Assembly (NCBI GenBank): GCA_963828735.1
Contig: CAWHFW010000002.1
Span: 736,001-800,000 of the forward strand
DNA from: an uncultured Gemmatimonadales bacterium
GTDB taxonomy: Bacteria; Gemmatimonadota; Gemmatimonadetes; Gemmatimonadales; GWC2-71-9
Length of the DNA: 64,000 nucleotides
Direction: 5' to 3'
The notes beneath the pieces were generated by a model, which was not told where the DNA came from, searched no databases, and saw only the letters and a list, made by a program, of their open reading frames with translations. Position numbers and translations under genes: made by a program. Of the stretch, positions 60,294 through 64,000 are shown piece after piece; the first letter of the stretch is position 1, and the number at the start of each line of letters is the position of its first letter.

Positions 60294-61955
60294 GTGACGT
60301 GCTGGACGCTCAGAGCCTGGCTCGGCGCTGGCCTCGCCGCGACCGTGTCGGTCGTCAACCCGCCGCGCGTGTACGCGCAGGCGTCGACCGCCCCGACCAG
60401 CGTCGTGATCGTGACCGGTGGTGAGGCATCGGTCCCGGTACCGACCCTCATGGAGGGGCCGCAGGCCTCCGTCGCCAACAGCGACATCGCCGACCAGCTC
60501 TTTCTGCATCTCGCCGAGCTGGGCCCGACCCTGATCACCTCGGGCGACCGCGCCTTCGAGCCTCGCCTGGCCCGGAGCTGGACCCGGCGCGACTCGGTGA
60601 CGCTGGCCTTCGATCTCGATCCGCGCGCCACCTGGCAGGACGGCGTCCCCGTCACCGCGAACGACGTCGTTTTCACGTTCGACCGCGCGCGCGACCCCGC
60701 CGTGGCGCCGAGGCTCTCGCAGCTGCTGCGGAACATCGTCTCGGTCGCCGCCGAAGGCGAGCGCCGCGTCGTGTTCCGCTACTCGCGGCCGTACGGGGAG
60801 CAGCTCTACGACGCCGTGTTTCACGTGGCGCCGATTCCCGCCCACCTGCTCGCGAAGATCCCGCCGGATTCGCTCGCGCGCTCGCCGTTCGTCCAGGCCC
60901 CGGTCGGCAGCGGCCCGTATCGGTGGGTTCGGCGCGTTCCGGGCGAATTCATCGAGCTCGCCGCGAACGAGCGGTTCTTCCTGGGCGCGCCGGCCATCCA
61001 GCGCGTCATCTACCGGCTAGCGACCGATGCCGACGCTCGACTCAATCTCGTCCTCAGCGGCGAGGCGGACGTGATGGACAACATTCCGCCGCCGCGGACG
61101 AACGTGGACCGCGTCACGGCGAGGCCGAACCTGCGCGTGGTCACCTTCCCTTCACCAGTCCTCGGCTTCCTGCTCTTCAACCAGCGGGACCCGCACGACC
61201 GCGATCGGCCACACCCCATCCTGAGCGATCTCGACGTTCGGCGGGCGATCGGCCTCGCACTCGACCGGCGGGCGATGGTGCGGGCCACGTTCGGCAGCGC
61301 GGCGGAGGTACCGTTCGGCCCGGCCTCTTCGCTCCTCTGGATCCGTCACGGGGCCCCCTCACCCGCCGCGGCCAATGTCGGCGAGGCGCGCCGGCTGCTC
61401 GCCGCGCGTGGCTGGTCGGATCACGACGGCGACGGCACCGTCGATCGCGCCGGCAGGCCCCTGGCCCTCACCCTCATTCTTCCGACCACCAGCGCGATCC
61501 GGCAGCAGATCGCCCTGCAGGTGCAGGAGCAGCTCCGACAGGTCGGCATCCGGATCGACCTCGAGCGCATGGACTACCCGCTCTGGAACGAGCGCCGCAC
61601 CGCGGGGCGCTTCGACGTGGACTTCGCGGCGACGAGCCAGGATCCGTCGCCGACGGGCCTGTCACAGGGCTGGTCGTGCAGCGGCGGCACGAACGTGGGC
61701 CGCTACTGCGATCCCGCGGTGGACTCGCTGATGGACGCCGCCGCCCGCACCATGGACGGCGCGGCCAAGCCGTGGCAGGCGGTGCTGCGCCGCATCGAGG
61801 CGGACGCGCCGGCCGTGTTCATGTACTCCCTCACCTATCTCGCGGCTGTGGACCGCCGGTTCGGCAACGTCCGGATCCGTCCCGAGTCGCTCTGGCTCGG
61901 CCTGCGGGAGTGGACGGTGACCGGCACTCCAACCGGCCGGCCCGCGGGCTACTGA
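60294..61955 (+). CDS. peptide/nickel ABC transporter substrate-binding protein (family 5)
   Basis: PRLARSW, WQDGVPVTANDVVFTF, PVGSGPY, VRRAI..ALDR. Confidence 0.9.
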   Translation: MTCWTLRAWLGAGLAATVSVVNPPRVYAQASTAPTSVVIVTGGEASVPVPTLMEGPQASVANSDIADQLFLHLAELGPTLITSGDRAFEPRLARSWTRRDSVTLAFDLDPRATWQDGVPVTANDVVFTFDRARDPAVAPRLSQLLRNIVSVAAEGERRVVFRYSRPYGEQLYDAVFHVAPIPAHLLAKIPPDSLARSPFVQAPVGSGPYRWVRRVPGEFIELAANERFFLGAPAIQRVIYRLATDADARLNLVLSGEADVMDNIPPPRTNVDRVTARPNLRVVTFPSPVLGFLLFNQRDPHDRDRPHPILSDLDVRRAIGLALDRRAMVRATFGSAAEVPFGPASSLLWIRHGAPSPAAANVGEARRLLAARGWSDHDGDGTVDRAGRPLALTLILPTTSAIRQQIALQVQEQLRQVGIRIDLERMDYPLWNERRTAGRFDVDFAATSQDPSPTGLSQGWSCSGGTNVGRYCDPAVDSLMDAAARTMDGAAKPWQAVLRRIEADAPAVFMYSLTYLAAVDRRFGNVRIRPESLWLGLREWTVTGTPTGRPAGY

Positions 61956-62918
61956 GTGCGCCGCTGGCTGGTGCGCCGAACGCTGCAGGCGGCGCTCACG
62001 CTGGCGCTCGCCCTCGTGCTCCTCTTCCTGCTGGTCCACGTCCTTCCCGGCGATCCGCTCGCGCGCGAGGGCGATCGGGCGCTGACCCCGCAACAGATCG
62101 AAGCGCTTCGCGCACGGTATGGACTCGACCGCCCGCTCGCCGGGCAGCTCCTCACCTTCCTCGCCGGTCTGGGCCGCGGGGACCTCGGCACCTCGATCGA
62201 GTACGGTCGCCCGGTGACGGGTCTGCTGCTCGAGCGCCTGCCGGCGACCTTGCTGCTGGGCGGGACGGTCCTGCTGCTCAACTTTACGGTCGGACTCTGG
62301 CTCGGGGTGCGGCAGGCAGTGCGTAAGGACAGCCGCGAGGATCGCTGGCTCACCACGGTCTCCCTGGCGGGCTACGCCACGCCCTCCTTCTGGCTCGGAC
62401 TCGTGCTGGCGGGATTCGTGGGGGTACGCTGGCGGTTACTTCCCCCGGCCGGGATGCGGGATCCGCTGGGCGCCGGGGGGCTGCTCGCAACCTCGGTCGA
62501 CGTCCTCCGGCACCTCATCCTGCCGGCGCTCACGCTCTCGATCGTGAGCATCGCCGGGACGATGCGGTTCCAGCGGAGTGCCATGCTCGAGGCCCTTCGG
62601 CTTCCTTATATAATGACGGCTCGGGCCAAGGGCGTGGGGGAGCGTGAGGTCGTGTGGCGGCATGCCTGGCGAAACGCGCTGTTCCCGGTGTTGACCCTGT
62701 TCGGCCTCTGGCTCCCCATCGTAGTCAGTGGCTCGGTGTTCGTCGAAGCGGTGTTCGCGTGGCCTGGATTGGGGTCCCTCGCGGCCAGCGCTGTCGGAAA
62801 CCGGGACTATCCCCTGCTGATGGGCTCAGCGGTGCTGGTGGCGACGATCGTGGTGCTGGGCAGCCTGCTCAGCGACCTCGCCTACGCCGTGCTCGACCCG
62901 CGGGTCCGGGTCTCGTGA
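61956..62918 (+). CDS. peptide ABC transporter permease (DppB/OppB-like)
   Basis: LPGDP, YGLDRPL, GDLGTS, ERLPATL, TARAKG, HAWRNAL, RDYP, LDPRVR. Confidence 0.9.
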   Translation: MRRWLVRRTLQAALTLALALVLLFLLVHVLPGDPLAREGDRALTPQQIEALRARYGLDRPLAGQLLTFLAGLGRGDLGTSIEYGRPVTGLLLERLPATLLLGGTVLLLNFTVGLWLGVRQAVRKDSREDRWLTTVSLAGYATPSFWLGLVLAGFVGVRWRLLPPAGMRDPLGAGGLLATSVDVLRHLILPALTLSIVSIAGTMRFQRSAMLEALRLPYIMTARAKGVGEREVVWRHAWRNALFPVLTLFGLWLPIVVSGSVFVEAVFAWPGLGSLAASAVGNRDYPLLMGSAVLVATIVVLGSLLSDLAYAVLDPRVRVS

Positions 62919-63758
62919 GCACCGCCGCCGAGGCGTTGGACGCGGTCTGGCGGATGCCGCGCGGACGGGCCGGCCTCGTCTTCCTGGCGTTTCTCGTGAT
63001 GCTCGCCGCATTCGGTCCCCTGCTCCTCCCCGATCCCGCCCGGCAGTTCGATCTCGAGCGACTCGCCAGCAACCCGCCCACGAGCGAGCATCCGTTCGGC
63101 ACGGACCAGTTGAGCCGCGACGTCCTCTCGCGTGTCGTGAATGGGGCGCGCATCTCGCTCGCGGTCGCGGCGCTGGCCGTCGGCCTGTCGATCAGCCTCG
63201 GCGCCGGGATCGGGCTCGTCGCCGGCTACTGGGGCGGGGTCGCGGACGCGGTGCTCATGCGACTCGTCGACGGCGCCCTGGCCGTGCCTCGGCTGTTCCT
63301 CCTGCTGCTCGTGCTGTCGGTGCCCGAGCGGGTCCCGCTCGCCGCCCTGATCCTGCTGATCGGCACCACCGGCTGGTTCGCGACCAGTCGGATCGTGCGC
63401 GCCGAGGTGCTTCGCCTCAAGGAGGAGACGTTCGTGCGCGCCGCCGAGGCGCTCGGCGCGTCGCGGCGGAGGGTTATCTTCCGGCACCTGCTCGTGAACG
63501 CGGCCGGTCCGCTGCTGGTCACCGCCACCCTCGGCGTGGGTGACGTGATCCTGCTCGAGGCCGGCCTCTCGTTCCTCGGGCTCGGCGTGCAGCCGCCGAC
63601 GCCCTCCGTGGGGCGGCATGATCCTGGACTCGCGCGCCGTGCTCGAGTCCGCACCGTGGGTCGGTATCTTCCCGGGGATCGCCATCACCGTGACCGTTCT
63701 CGCGACCAATCTGGTCGGCGACGCCCTGCGCGACGCCTTCGATCCCCGAGGCGCATGA
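62915..63758 (+). pseudogene. peptide ABC transporter permease (DppC/OppC-like) with a +1 frameshift near 63607 (sequencing error or real lesion)
   Basis: Hand translation gives [11 protein letters not shown]...[17 protein letters not shown], then one extra base; the +1 frame continues WGGMI...[16 protein letters not shown]. Confidence 0.8.
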
Positions 63759-64000
63759 CCCGAGTCCTCGACGTCCGCGATCTGCGCGTCTCCTTCCCCG
63801 CTCCCGGCGGCCGCTGGTTCCATCCCGTGGACGGCGTGAGCTTCACGCTCGATCGCGGTGAGACTCTGGCGCTGGTCGGCGAATCCGGGAGCGGCAAGAG
63901 CCTCACCAGCCTGGCGTTGCTCAAGTTGATTCCGCCGCCCGGCCGGGTGGATCCGTCGAGCAGCATCCGCCTCGGCGAGGCCGACGTGCTCGCGCTCCAG
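63755..64000 (+). CDS. peptide ABC transporter ATP-binding protein (DppD/OppD-like), truncated by the window end
   Basis: [14 protein letters not shown]...VDGVSF...[15 protein letters not shown]. Confidence 0.9.
   Translation, partial: MTRVLDVRDLRVSFPAPGGRWFHPVDGVSFTLDRGETLALVGESGSGKSLTSLALLKLIPPPGRVDPSSSIRLGEADVLALQ

Overview
GC-rich bacterial DNA. Gene content and protein style suggest Gemmatimonadota, but that is inference only. About 1-40.6 kb is one large Wzx/Wzy-type exopolysaccharide locus that continues past the left edge. Its core genes are an O-antigen ligase/Wzy-like protein, a Wzx flippase, Wzc, a short Wza-like protein, a GT4 glycosyltransferase and a DUF3473-type deacetylase. 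It carries an unusually full set of decoration modules: (i) four sulfotransferases plus an embedded sulfate-import/PAPS block (cysN-cysQ-cysC-cysD-rrf2, yezD-porin-sbp-cysTWA) with no reductive cys genes; (ii) an ACP/FabG/ligase/LuxE/LuxC/GNAT acyl module; (iii) a carbamoyltransferase-SxtJ-DUF5989-SGNH cassette whose 51-aa protein, missed by the ORF track, ends in a DltX-like FIYxxF motif, suggesting a transmembrane carbamoyl relay; (iv) an HTTM gene pair, a surface copper-radical oxidase and two paralogous lipoproteins sharing an uncharacterised DEP-motif domain. Two sigma-54-like promoters in the locus share an 18-bp upstream palindrome. From 40.6 to 48.3 kb lies an archaeal-style nurA-herA-mre11-rad50 cluster followed by a GNAT gene. 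The remainder is mostly housekeeping: LuxR HTH, ABC exporter, aminotransferase, a DEAD-box-like protein lacking its catalytic motifs, HU, tdk, coaE, gcvH, gcvP, lipoate ligase and a peptide ABC transporter with a +1 frameshift in the second permease. No rRNA, tRNA, CRISPR or IS elements were recognised. All calls are by eye; no database searches were run.
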